64,000 bases of DNA from a virus. The stretch is from IMG/VR virus record IMGVR_UViG_3300032307_000731, positions 1-64,000 of that record; one strand, given 5' to 3'. Shown piece after piece: positions 1 to 8,597 of this stretch. The notes below the pieces were generated by a model. The model saw only the letters and a list, made by a program, of their open reading frames with translations. It was not told the DNA's origin and did not search any database. The translations under genes and the position numbers were made by a program. Numbering within the stretch: position 1 is the stretch's first letter; the number at the start of each line of letters is the position of its first letter.

Positions 1-112
1 ACCTATCAAAGGTATTATGACACGTTACGCTAAGAAAATGGTTAACAACAGATTCTACGGACGTATCACAGTTGATGGTGTTAGAACATTCGACTTAAGA
101 GAATTGAGATAA
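1..112 (+). CDS. Major capsid protein, T4 gp23-like, C-terminal fragment (5'-truncated)
   Basis: Frame 2 reads PIKGIMTRYAKKMVNNRFYGRITVDGVRTFDLRELR*, matching the gp23-family C-terminal P..G..TRY motif; followed by a strong terminator. Not in the ORF track. Confidence 0.85.
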   Translation, partial: PIKGIMTRYAKKMVNNRFYGRITVDGVRTFDLRELR

Positions 113-132
113 TCAATATCTTATGATATACC

Positions 133-167
133 AAAAAGAGGACAAATATTTGTCCTCTTTTTTTTTT
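133..167 (+). terminator. Intrinsic terminator after capsid gene
   Basis: aaaaagaggacaa-atat-ttgtcctc followed by a T10 run. Confidence 0.9.
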
Positions 168-172
168 CTAAG

Positions 173-180
173 TATTTATA
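173..180 (+). promoter_or_regulatory. Candidate late promoter TATTTATA
   Basis: Lies between the terminator and ATG 195; the same motif precedes about 16 structural or cargo genes. Confidence 0.65.
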
Positions 181-194
181 GTAAAACAATAGAA

Positions 195-1301
195 ATGATT
201 AAACAAAATTGGAATATAAATGAGGATGAAAAAAATAGAATTTTAAATCTTCATGAGAGTGCAACTAAAAGATTGTACTTATCAGAACAAGAAAACGAAG
301 AAGTAATAGATGATTCTTATTATCAAATAGTTAATACTCCACTATATTTTAAAATTAACGAAGGTTACTTATATTGTTCAGTATGGGATGATAGAAAAAA
401 TAAAGAGGCGACTCCTTGGACTTATATAGGTGGTGATTTATATAATTTTAAAGTTAATTATAAATCAGGTGAGTTAATTTCCGATAAAGGTTGGGATTTA
501 AATTTTAAAATTACTGACGATAATTGGAATGAAATTGGTGCAACTTCGTTATCCTCACAAGGTGTTAGACCTATGCAATATAATAATGTTGAATATAAAC
601 TTATTGCTATGTCACCCCCTTTCTCTGACAAAAGACTTCCACATGCACTTGACAAAACAAAAGTTGGGGCTCCAACAGTTTATACTGCGAAAATAGTAGC
701 GATGGATATAACTTTATTAAAAGGTAGGTATGAAGAATCTGAAGATGATACAATATCACCAGTAATGTATGTTAAAAAAGGTAATAAAGGAATTTTAATA
801 CAATTGTTTCCTGGGGTTAGTGCTAAATATTTTTCAAATAAACCTACACCTGAAACACCTGAAGACAGACCTGAAGATATACCATTTGAATTAAATATTG
901 AAAGTCCATTTAAATTTAATGAAACTAATTTAACAGATGAGGCTGAACAAGAATTTAAAGATTTTATCAAATCAATTAAAACTAATTATTCTGATGCTAC
1001 AGGAGATGTAGAAGTAATATCATCAGCATCTATTGATGAAGACCCTGAAGGTAAACTTAAAACAGGTCAAAAAAGAAAAGATTATAATATGGATTTATCT
1101 AAAAAAAGAGCAGAAACAATTGCTTTACTTCTTAAAAATAGTTTACCGGGAATTAAATTAAATTTTATACCTAAAGGTATTGGAGAAACTGACCAATTTG
1201 CTAAGGGTAAAAAATGGCCTGACGTAACAGATGAAAATCAAACGGCACCTAATAGAAGATTAATAATTAAACTTCCTCAAATAATGAAAAAAGGGTCTTA
1301 A
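195..1301 (+). CDS. OmpA-like (peptidoglycan-binding) domain protein with putative capsid-targeting leader
   Basis: Start moved to 195 because ATG 123 lies upstream of the terminator and MIKQNWNINEDEKNRILNLHESAT matches the 1797 paralog. C-terminal PFKFNETNL...YNMDLSKKRA...KGIGE...NRRLII fits the OmpA_C pattern. No signal peptide. Confidence 0.75.
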   Translation: MIKQNWNINEDEKNRILNLHESATKRLYLSEQENEEVIDDSYYQIVNTPLYFKINEGYLYCSVWDDRKNKEATPWTYIGGDLYNFKVNYKSGELISDKGWDLNFKITDDNWNEIGATSLSSQGVRPMQYNNVEYKLIAMSPPFSDKRLPHALDKTKVGAPTVYTAKIVAMDITLLKGRYEESEDDTISPVMYVKKGNKGILIQLFPGVSAKYFSNKPTPETPEDRPEDIPFELNIESPFKFNETNLTDEAEQEFKDFIKSIKTNYSDATGDVEVISSASIDEDPEGKLKTGQKRKDYNMDLSKKRAETIALLLKNSLPGIKLNFIPKGIGETDQFAKGKKWPDVTDENQTAPNRRLIIKLPQIMKKGS

Positions 1302-1315
1302 AGACCCTTTTTTTT
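1287..1315. terminator. Bidirectional terminator
   Basis: aaaaaagggtct-taa-agaccctttttttt between convergent genes. Confidence 0.85.
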
Positions 1316-1316
1316 A

Positions 1317-1706
1317 TTAAAATACCTTAATATTAATAATTTTACTGTCAGTATAATTATCAAAACAATAAACCATAACATATTTGTTAGGTTTTGGTAT
1401 TTTTTTTACGTGAGGAATTGATTCCATAGTGACAACACCTGTTTTCTTATCTAATGCATAAACATATGTTGTGTAAGAGTAGTTATCATGTAATTCTTGA
1501 CTTAATTCAAAATCGCCAAAAAATTTAACATAAACTAAATTAGAGATATCTAATTTGTAGGTATCCATTAATTGTTTAACTGAAATGGAATCACGTTTCC
1601 ACAAATCATTTAATTCATAATAGTTTCCCGCTTTTACGGCTTGAATTTGACCAAACGATAAATTTGAAATAAAAATAAAAAGAATGATGGTAATTAAGTT
1701 TTTCAT
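1317..1706 (-). CDS. Small exported protein (SpI signal peptide, Gln at +1)
   Basis: MKNLITIILFIFISNLSFG|Q; has its own host-type promoter. Confidence 0.75.
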   Translation of the reverse strand: MKNLITIILFIFISNLSFGQIQAVKAGNYYELNDLWKRDSISVKQLMDTYKLDISNLVYVKFFGDFELSQELHDNYSYTTYVYALDKKTGVVTMESIPHVKKIPKPNKYVMVYCFDNYTDSKIINIKVF

Positions 1707-1731
1707 ATGTGTAGATGTTTTAATATTTGTA

Positions 1732-1762
1732 CAAATATAAATATTTTTTAATTACCTACAAA
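1732..1762 (-). promoter_or_regulatory. Bacteroidota primary-sigma promoter (-33 TTTG / -7 TAnnTTTG)
   Basis: Minus strand TTTG-19 nt-TATATTTG, 25 nt upstream of ATG 1706. Confidence 0.85.
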
Positions 1763-1796
1763 ATTTTTTGGGTATATTTATTATAAAATAGTTAAA

Positions 1797-2969
1797 ATGA
1801 TTAAACAAACATGGAATATAAATGAGGATGAAAAAAATAGGATATTAAATCTTCATGAATCCGCGACAAATAGACAATACTTAACTTTAGAACAGGCTGT
1901 ACAACCAATTGTAACTAAAACAACTACATCATCCGCTAATACGGTATTTCCAACACAAAACATTGGAAATCAATTTAAATTTGGTGAATATCAATCTGAT
2001 GTTGTTAAAAATTCTATTGAGGCTTTAAAACCTAAAATTGAAGAATTTATTAAAAAAAGTGGTGGTAACGAATTTATTGTAAATATTAGTGCGGGGGAAT
2101 CAAATGTGACAAATCCAAAAGGGTTTGAAACAAAAGGAAGTTTAGCTTTGGCAAGAGCCAATTCGGTTAAACAATATTTTCAAGAAATATTTCCTGAGTT
2201 AATTGAAAACGGTACTTTAATTATTGAAGGACCTAAGGATGTTAGCCAAGTTGTTTCAGGTAAAACACCATATGATAAAACTAAAGGTGACAGTAAAAAT
2301 CCTGAATTAATTAAATTATACAAACAGGAACAATTTGTTAATTTCGATATTAAAGGAACTGGAGAGGTTAGAGATTCGGATTCCCAAAATATTTGTCAAT
2401 GGCCCGGTAGAAAAATAAACGCAGGACAAGGTGAAGAAAGGTATGATTATGTGTTAACCAATGAAAAATTATTTGGTAAAGGTGTTATAACTTTTGATAC
2501 CGGAAGTATTCCTGATAGATTAATTGTTACTAATAAAAATAATGTAATAACTCAAGACACCGGATATGTTACAACACGTGCTCATGTATATAGAAATTTT
2601 AAATGGGTTCCATTATATGTTTACCAATTAACACTTATTAATTTAAAAAATAATGTATCGGTTAGTGGTAGTAAAATTATTAAAATAACTGCCAATAGTT
2701 ATGAAGAATTATTTAAACAACTTTTAATAGACCCAACAAAAAGTTTTGGTGGAGGAAATGATGAAGTTGGAGACCCATTAGACGACCTTAAACGTTTATG
2801 TGAACAAGGTGTTAAAGAATTTGTTGTTTATACGCAACAAACAAGTCCTGTGACTTTAAATTTTAATGGACCTTCTGGAGAATCAGGACTTAAAGTTTAT
2901 TCACCAATTGGAACATATAAGATTAAAACCGGATATAGTGTTACCGCAAACTGTAATAAAACTATTTAA
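1797..2969 (+). CDS. Divergent OmpA-like domain protein with the same leader and a C-terminal beta-rich domain
   Basis: MIKQTWNINEDEKNRILNLHESAT leader; QFKFGEY...VNISAGES...LALARANSVKQYF resembles OmpA_C; TATTTAT at 1775-1781. Confidence 0.65.
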   Translation: MIKQTWNINEDEKNRILNLHESATNRQYLTLEQAVQPIVTKTTTSSANTVFPTQNIGNQFKFGEYQSDVVKNSIEALKPKIEEFIKKSGGNEFIVNISAGESNVTNPKGFETKGSLALARANSVKQYFQEIFPELIENGTLIIEGPKDVSQVVSGKTPYDKTKGDSKNPELIKLYKQEQFVNFDIKGTGEVRDSDSQNICQWPGRKINAGQGEERYDYVLTNEKLFGKGVITFDTGSIPDRLIVTNKNNVITQDTGYVTTRAHVYRNFKWVPLYVYQLTLINLKNNVSVSGSKIIKITANSYEELFKQLLIDPTKSFGGGNDEVGDPLDDLKRLCEQGVKEFVVYTQQTSPVTLNFNGPSGESGLKVYSPIGTYKIKTGYSVTANCNKTI

Positions 2970-3238
2970 TAGTTGCCAAATATATTTCTTTTTGTTGGGT
3001 TTTTTTCTGTTTGAATAACTTTGTAGGTTAATTCATCGTTTTGATAATAGGCAATTGACGTGACTCTTAAATTAGGATAATCCTCAACAATAACTGAACC
3101 AACTTTTACTTTATAGACTTTAGATAATGAATCTAATAAGACATTGATATCCTTATCGATGTCTTTTGTTTTTGGTTTAGTTTGAGAAAATGTTAATGTT
3201 CCAACAAGTAATACTAAAGTAATAAATAATTTTTTCAT
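2966..3238 (-). CDS. Small exported protein (SpI signal peptide, Gln at +1)
   Basis: MKKLFITLVLLVGTLTFS|Q; stop overlaps the partner's stop; has its own host-type promoter. Confidence 0.75.
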   Translation of the reverse strand: MKKLFITLVLLVGTLTFSQTKPKTKDIDKDINVLLDSLSKVYKVKVGSVIVEDYPNLRVTSIAYYQNDELTYKVIQTEKNPTKRNIFGNY

Positions 3239-3255
3239 AATTTATAAATTTTCTA

Positions 3256-3286
3256 CAAATATAAATAGTTTTTACTACACTGCAAA
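3256..3286 (-). promoter_or_regulatory. Bacteroidota primary-sigma promoter
   Basis: Minus strand TTTG-19 nt-TATATTTG upstream of ATG 3238. Confidence 0.85.
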
Positions 3287-3320
3287 ATTTTTTCACATAT
3301 ATTTATTCATAGATTTTAGA

Positions 3321-3378
3321 TTATTGGTCCCGAGTCATTTTGACTTTTGAGTATTCACGGACACGAAGGTATCAGTAA
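3321..3378 (+). ncRNA. Candidate structured 5' leader RNA
   Basis: GC-richer island in a ~100 nt UTR: ttattggt/atcagtaa outer stem, ccg/cgg, agtca-ttt-tgact and tga-gtat-tca hairpins. Confidence 0.4.
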
Positions 3379-3410
3379 CATAGTCATTAACTATTATAAA
3401 ATTAAGTAAA

Positions 3411-4193
3411 ATGAATTACACAACTGCGGTGAGCAAACCAAATGCTCACATCACAAAGAAAAAATCGCGTCTAAAAATCTACAACGGACACGTAGTCTTC
3501 ATGGAAGACCAAGACAATTTCGAATTCGAAATTCATAACCCAACAAGAAAAACAGTACTTTGTAAAATTAAATTGAACGGAGATTATATATCTCAAAGTG
3601 GTTTAGTTTTAAGACCGGGTGAAAGAATCTTTTTAGAGAGGTTTTTAGACACTAATAATAAATTTCAGTTCAGTACCTACTCTGTTAATAATACTTCCGA
3701 AAATCAATCGGCAATATCGTTAAACGGGGATGTTAGGGTAGAGTTCTATGATGAAAAGATTGTTCACACAAATAATCTTAATCTAAACCATTCCGGTACA
3801 TATCGTCCATGGGCGAATAATGTATTGTGTGGAAATTTAAATCACACAGGTGGGTATGTTCCAACAACATTTACAACTAATTCCTCAAGTTTGATTGGAG
3901 GTTCAAATGCATACTATACTAACACATCATCAGTTGATTTGAGTATACCTCGTACTCGTAGTAAAAAATCAATTGAAACAGGTAGAGTTGAGAAAGGTGA
4001 AAAATCTAACCAAAATTTTCAAAACTCATATGAGGAATTTAATTCTTATACTTCTCATCAGATATTGTATAAGATACAACCACTAACAACTAAAAATAAA
4101 ACATCTCAGGATATCAGACAATATTGTACTGAGTGTGGGACTAAAACAAAATCAAACTTTAAGTTTTGTCCGTCTTGTGGTAATAAATTATAA
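3411..4193 (+). CDS. Hypothetical protein with beta-sandwich-like N-terminus and C-terminal zinc ribbon
   Basis: C-terminal YCTECG...FCPSCG. Confidence 0.7.
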   Translation: MNYTTAVSKPNAHITKKKSRLKIYNGHVVFMEDQDNFEFEIHNPTRKTVLCKIKLNGDYISQSGLVLRPGERIFLERFLDTNNKFQFSTYSVNNTSENQSAISLNGDVRVEFYDEKIVHTNNLNLNHSGTYRPWANNVLCGNLNHTGGYVPTTFTTNSSSLIGGSNAYYTNTSSVDLSIPRTRSKKSIETGRVEKGEKSNQNFQNSYEEFNSYTSHQILYKIQPLTTKNKTSQDIRQYCTECGTKTKSNFKFCPSCGNKL

Positions 4194-4199
4194 AAACAG

Positions 4200-4228
4200 A
4201 AAAAGGTCCCGTGAGACCTTTTTTTTTT
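4200..4228. terminator. Bidirectional terminator
   Basis: aaaaaggtc-ccgtga-gacctttttttttt. Confidence 0.8.
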
Positions 4229-4475
4229 ATTCTGTTGTTTCGGATTCGTTGGGATTATCTGATATTACCTTATGTAATATTCTTAATGACTTTGAAACCA
4301 ATTCTGTTTCTTGCATTGTAAATAATCTAGTTTTGTGAACATAATGTAATGCTTCGGTTAAAAGGTAAAAAGATTGTGCGATTGTCATTTCATCCGTTAA
4401 TTTATCTACATCATCAGGTGAATTGTACCCCACACTATCAAATAATAATCCAATTGGTTGTCTTTCGTGTTCCAT
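4227..4475 (-). CDS. Hypothetical protein
   Basis: 82 aa ORF filling the gap and ending at the terminator. Confidence 0.6.
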   Translation of the reverse strand: MEHERQPIGLLFDSVGYNSPDDVDKLTDEMTIAQSFYLLTEALHYVHKTRLFTMQETELVSKSLRILHKVISDNPNESETTE

Positions 4476-4512
4476 TATTGTTAAATTGTATATTTATTAA
4501 TAAGTTAAATAT

Positions 4513-5199
4513 ATGAAAAAGAATAAGATTAGTGAAGCAACCGGTTCCGGAAATGCAGGTTCAATTAAAGTTCCAATAGTGTTGGCGCCCCAAATTTGGG
4601 GGAAAAATCAATTAGGTCCATTTACTGATAGTGTTTATCATTATTCAAACGCCGAATTAGCGTATGAAGAGGCCGATGGTGATTTTAAAGAATCACCACA
4701 AAAAAGAAAAGAAATTGAAGATAGAACAATAAAAACCTCAAAAATGTTAATGAAGCAAAAACAATCTTATCAGGGACAAAATGATGAGGAAGGTTCTGCA
4801 ATTAACCCCACCTTAGATGGTAAACCTATTAAAGAAGATTTATTAAGAGAGGATTTAGCGGTTTGGTTTGGTACTAAGAAAAAACCTAAGGGGTCTAAGC
4901 AACCAAAAGGTCCTTGGGTTAATATTTGTCGTAAAGTTGACGGAAAACATCCTCCATGTGGTCGGCCTGATGCGAGTCCAAAAAGTTATCCAAAATGTCG
5001 AGCAGCAGGAGTCGCGGGGAAAATGAGTGATAGTGAAAAAAAATCTGCTTGTTCACAAAAACGTAGAGAGGAAAAGAAAGACCCTAAAATTGGTAAAGGT
5101 AATAAACCAACAATGGTTAGTTATAAACCAAAAAAACCTCAAAACGAATCGTTAAGAGGTTTGATTATCAAAATAATTAAAGAACAATATAAAAATTAA
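4513..5199 (+). CDS. Putative internal head protein with basic Cys-containing module
   Basis: KISE, IKEDLLRE and IIKE sites; Lys-rich WFG...WVNIC...PCGR...YPKC module; TATTTAT at 4491-4497. Confidence 0.55.
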   Translation: MKKNKISEATGSGNAGSIKVPIVLAPQIWGKNQLGPFTDSVYHYSNAELAYEEADGDFKESPQKRKEIEDRTIKTSKMLMKQKQSYQGQNDEEGSAINPTLDGKPIKEDLLREDLAVWFGTKKKPKGSKQPKGPWVNICRKVDGKHPPCGRPDASPKSYPKCRAAGVAGKMSDSEKKSACSQKRREEKKDPKIGKGNKPTMVSYKPKKPQNESLRGLIIKIIKEQYKN

Positions 5200-5200
5200 A

Positions 5201-5611
5201 TTAGGATAGTCTTTCAAGTATTGTGGTTAACGAATGTTTAATTTGACTTTTAATCTCAGTTTCAAATTCTAATCGTAAAGATTCTACTTTATTATCAAAC
5301 ATATTGTTTAACTTATCTGAAATAATTTGAGTTAAGTTAACATCATAATTATAAATGTGGTTAGTGATGTTTATTCTATTATTGGATAAAACAATAAACA
5401 CACCTAAAGAATCGTTTTTAATATATCTTTTTTGAGACAATGGAGCAATTAAAAAAGTCGAATCCGGATGTGAAATTAATTTTCTACAAATAGCGGAAGA
5501 TTTAATTTCATTCGCATCAACAGACGACATATTCGTTCTTGATATACTTTTAAATTTTAAGTAAATTCTTAGTCCTAATCTTTTAAATAATCTTTTAAAA
5601 TATCTTCTCAT
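5201..5611 (-). CDS. Hypothetical early protein
   Basis: Start moved to MRRYFKRL (5611), downstream of a host-type promoter. Confidence 0.6.
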   Translation of the reverse strand: MRRYFKRLFKRLGLRIYLKFKSISRTNMSSVDANEIKSSAICRKLISHPDSTFLIAPLSQKRYIKNDSLGVFIVLSNNRINITNHIYNYDVNLTQIISDKLNNMFDNKVESLRLEFETEIKSQIKHSLTTILERLS

Positions 5612-5636
5612 TTGTTTAGTTTTTTTTTTAACACTA

Positions 5637-5667
5637 CAAAGATAATTATATTTTCGAGAATACCAAA
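5637..5667 (-). promoter_or_regulatory. Bacteroidota primary-sigma promoter
   Basis: Minus strand TTTG-19 nt-TATCTTTG. Confidence 0.85.
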
Positions 5668-5736
5668 ACATAATAAAAAAATAATAATTTATTTTACTTT
5701 TTACACCTTTTGGGTTATACTTATCAAAGTAAAATA

Positions 5737-5781
5737 ATGACAATGAATAACGTATATAGTTACACATTTAACGAGAAATAA
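5737..5781 (+). CDS. Candidate 14-aa leader peptide MTMNNVYSYTFNEK
   Basis: ATG with A-rich context; stop abuts a terminator-like hairpin upstream of the TonB-dependent receptor. Confidence 0.3.
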   Translation: MTMNNVYSYTFNEK

Positions 5782-5782
5782 C

Positions 5783-5818
5783 AAAAGTCCCTAGGCGAAT
5801 CGTCTTTGGGACTTTTTT
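5783..5818 (+). terminator. Terminator/attenuator hairpin in the receptor leader
   Basis: aaaagtccc-t-aggcg-aat-cgtct-tt-gggactttttt, ending 24 nt before ATG 5843. Confidence 0.65.
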
Positions 5819-5842
5819 ATTATAAACCAAAAATAAATTTAA

Positions 5843-8545
5843 ATGAAAACAAAATTTTTAGGAGCATTGCTATTAACATTAGCATTTTCGTTAGGAGCTT
5901 TCTCCCAAACAAAAGGAAAAGTAGTTGACCAATCTACAAATGAACCATTGGTCGGGGCTCATGTTCAGTTTAAAACTGAACATGCAACCACAGGTCTTGA
6001 AGGAGAATTCGAATTAAAGACCGCAAAAACTAATGATATTATTACAATATCTTTTTTAGGGTTCGGAAAGAAACAATATACTGTAAATGGTAATAACGTT
6101 TCAATTTCACTTATCCCTGAAGAAAATTCACTAGCAGAAGTTGTAGTTGTTGGTAAAGGGGTAATTGACGTTGCTCAAGGTCGTAAAACACCTATTGCAG
6201 TGTCAACCATCAAAATGGCTGAAATCCAATCTAAAATTGGTTCTAATGACATTACACAAACATTGGTTAACACACCATCAGTTTATGTTGCAGGTCAATC
6301 AGGTGGTTTTGGTGATTCAAGAATTTCGGTTCGTGGATTCCAACAAGATAACACAGCGTTCTTATTAAACGGACAACCAATTAATGGTATGGAAGATGGT
6401 AAGATGTATTGGTCGAATTGGTCAGGTATGGGAGATATCGCAAGTGCGATTCAAATCCAAAGAGGTTTAGGTTCTTCTAAACTAGCAATATCTTCAGTTG
6501 GAGGTACTGTGAACTTTATTACTAAGACTATCGATAAAAGAGAAGGTGGTTTTGTATCTACCGGTCTTGGTAATGACAATTATTTAAAAACAACAGCATC
6601 GTATAGTACAGGTCTAATGAAAAACGGATTGGCTGTTACTACAATGTTCTCACATTGGGAAGGTGATGGTTATAATGACGGGACTCAAGGACAAGGTCAA
6701 AACTATTTTATCTCATTAGGTTATAAATTAAATGACAAACATAATTTTAACTTCTTAATTACAGGTGCACCACAATGGCACAATCAAAACTTTAGTAAAA
6801 GAATTTCAGATTATTTAGGGTTCGGTAGAAAATACAACAATAACTATGGTTATTTAAACGGACAATTTTTGTCTGAAAGAGTAAACTTCTATCACAAACC
6901 GGTCGCGAATATTAACTGGGATTATAAGATTAGTGAAAAAACTAATTTATCTACAGTGTTATATGCATCTTGGGGTAGAGGTGGTGGAACCGGAAACTAT
7001 GGTGGTTCCGCTAATAAAAAATTCAAAACTGAATTAAACCCTTACACTAACCAAGTTCAAAACACATATATTGATTTTGACCAAATTTATGCAAACAATA
7101 GTAATCTTGCTAATGGTGCTGGAACATTTAATAATAGTTATTTAATTAGGTCATCAATGAATAACCATTCTTGGTATGGTGTTGTGTCTAACCTTAATAC
7201 AAAATTAAATGAAAACCTTAATTTAAATTTAGGGGTTGATTTAAGAACTTATGATGGTACACACTACAGACAAGTTAATAACTTTTTAGGTTTAACAAAC
7301 TTTACAGACTCAAGAAGATTAAGAGGAAGTAATCACCAAATGCAAGGTAGTAATGTTTTACAAACTGTAACAGAATCATTATCAACAAATCCTTGGGGCG
7401 CTTCATTTAACAATTTAAGTGAATCTCAAAGAATTGATTATGATTATAGTGAAACAATTAACTATGGTGGTATATTCGGACAATTAGAATATAGTAAAGA
7501 TGATTTCTCGGCATTCGTACAAGGGTCTTTATCAAATCAAACACACGTTAGATTTGATACGTATGATTACTTACCTGAATTTAAAGAATCTGAGAAAGTT
7601 GAAAATTTAGGATATAACCTTAAAGCTGGTGGTAGTTACTCAATTAATGACAAACACTCAGTCTATGTGAATACAGGGTTATATTCTCGTCAACCATACC
7701 ATGATAACATTTATTTGAACTTTACGAATGAAGTGAACCCATTAACATCAAATGAAAAAATATTTGGTTTAGAGGGTGGATATACATTCAAATCTAAATA
7801 TGTGAGTGGTAGTGTTAATGCTTACAGAACTTCTTGGAAAGATAGGGTTGTTTCGTCTTCAAGAGTGGTAACGTTAGCTACAGAGACAATCGGAACAACA
7901 GTGTTGACTCAAGGTGATTTAGTTTACAAATCTAATTTAGGTGTAGAACAAATTCATAATGGTATAGAATTAGATTTTATTGTAAGACCAATAAATAAAT
8001 TAGACATTAAAGGTTTTGCATCTATTGGTAATTGGGAATATAATGGTAGTTCAATAACTAGACAAACAGATGAAAATCAAAATTTATTAACAGAAACTTT
8101 AGTGGATGTTGATGGAGGTAAAGTTGGAGACGCGGCTCAAACTACTTGGGGATTAGGTGCTAAATATGAAGTATTAAGAGGTTTATCTATTGACGCTGAT
8201 TGGAGAACTTACGATGAGTTATATGCAAGCGTCGGTGCTGTTAAAGACAATTTATTATTACCAACGTATGATTTAGTTGACGCAGGTGTTTCTTATAAAT
8301 TATTATTAGGTAAAAACAAAAAAGATAATTTAACTTTTAGAGTAAATGTTAACAACGTATTTGATGAAGTTTATTTATCTGAATTATCAAGTAACATTAA
8401 AACAACTGACAATTTAAGTTCATCTAACCCATCATTAGGGACTTATCAATCAAATGGTAGAGTTTATAATGGAATTGCTGATGGTAACCAAGGGTTCTTC
8501 GGATTAGGTAGAACTTGGAACTTATCTTTACGTTACAATTTCTAA
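5843..8545 (+). CDS. TonB-dependent outer-membrane receptor, Bacteroidota type
   Basis: Signal peptide ...AFS|Q; N-terminal GKVVD...EPLVGA extension; plug motifs ISVRGF, LLNGQP, IQIQRG, GGTVNFIT; barrel ending NVNNVFD...GRTWNLSLRYNF with C-terminal Phe. Confidence 0.93.
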   Translation: MKTKFLGALLLTLAFSLGAFSQTKGKVVDQSTNEPLVGAHVQFKTEHATTGLEGEFELKTAKTNDIITISFLGFGKKQYTVNGNNVSISLIPEENSLAEVVVVGKGVIDVAQGRKTPIAVSTIKMAEIQSKIGSNDITQTLVNTPSVYVAGQSGGFGDSRISVRGFQQDNTAFLLNGQPINGMEDGKMYWSNWSGMGDIASAIQIQRGLGSSKLAISSVGGTVNFITKTIDKREGGFVSTGLGNDNYLKTTASYSTGLMKNGLAVTTMFSHWEGDGYNDGTQGQGQNYFISLGYKLNDKHNFNFLITGAPQWHNQNFSKRISDYLGFGRKYNNNYGYLNGQFLSERVNFYHKPVANINWDYKISEKTNLSTVLYASWGRGGGTGNYGGSANKKFKTELNPYTNQVQNTYIDFDQIYANNSNLANGAGTFNNSYLIRSSMNNHSWYGVVSNLNTKLNENLNLNLGVDLRTYDGTHYRQVNNFLGLTNFTDSRRLRGSNHQMQGSNVLQTVTESLSTNPWGASFNNLSESQRIDYDYSETINYGGIFGQLEYSKDDFSAFVQGSLSNQTHVRFDTYDYLPEFKESEKVENLGYNLKAGGSYSINDKHSVYVNTGLYSRQPYHDNIYLNFTNEVNPLTSNEKIFGLEGGYTFKSKYVSGSVNAYRTSWKDRVVSSSRVVTLATETIGTTVLTQGDLVYKSNLGVEQIHNGIELDFIVRPINKLDIKGFASIGNWEYNGSSITRQTDENQNLLTETLVDVDGGKVGDAAQTTWGLGAKYEVLRGLSIDADWRTYDELYASVGAVKDNLLLPTYDLVDAGVSYKLLLGKNKKDNLTFRVNVNNVFDEVYLSELSSNIKTTDNLSSSNPSLGTYQSNGRVYNGIADGNQGFFGLGRTWNLSLRYNF

Positions 8546-8566
8546 TTAGAAATTAACATATAAAAT

Positions 8567-8592
8567 AAAACCCCCAAATAATGGGGGTTTTT
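8567..8592. terminator. Bidirectional terminator
   Basis: aaaaccccca-aataa-tgggggttttt. Confidence 0.85.
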
Positions 8593-8597
8593 TATTT

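Noticed and set aside
123-194. N-terminal extension of the first ORF
   Set aside because: It spans the capsid terminator, and the paralog leader fixes the start at 195.
4205-4216. Partial complementarity between this terminator and the 3321-3378 leader
   Set aside because: The match is short and imperfect, so chance cannot be excluded.
5612-5767. N-terminal extension of the 188-aa ORF
   Set aside because: It overlaps a perfect host promoter; the start at 5611 is preferred.
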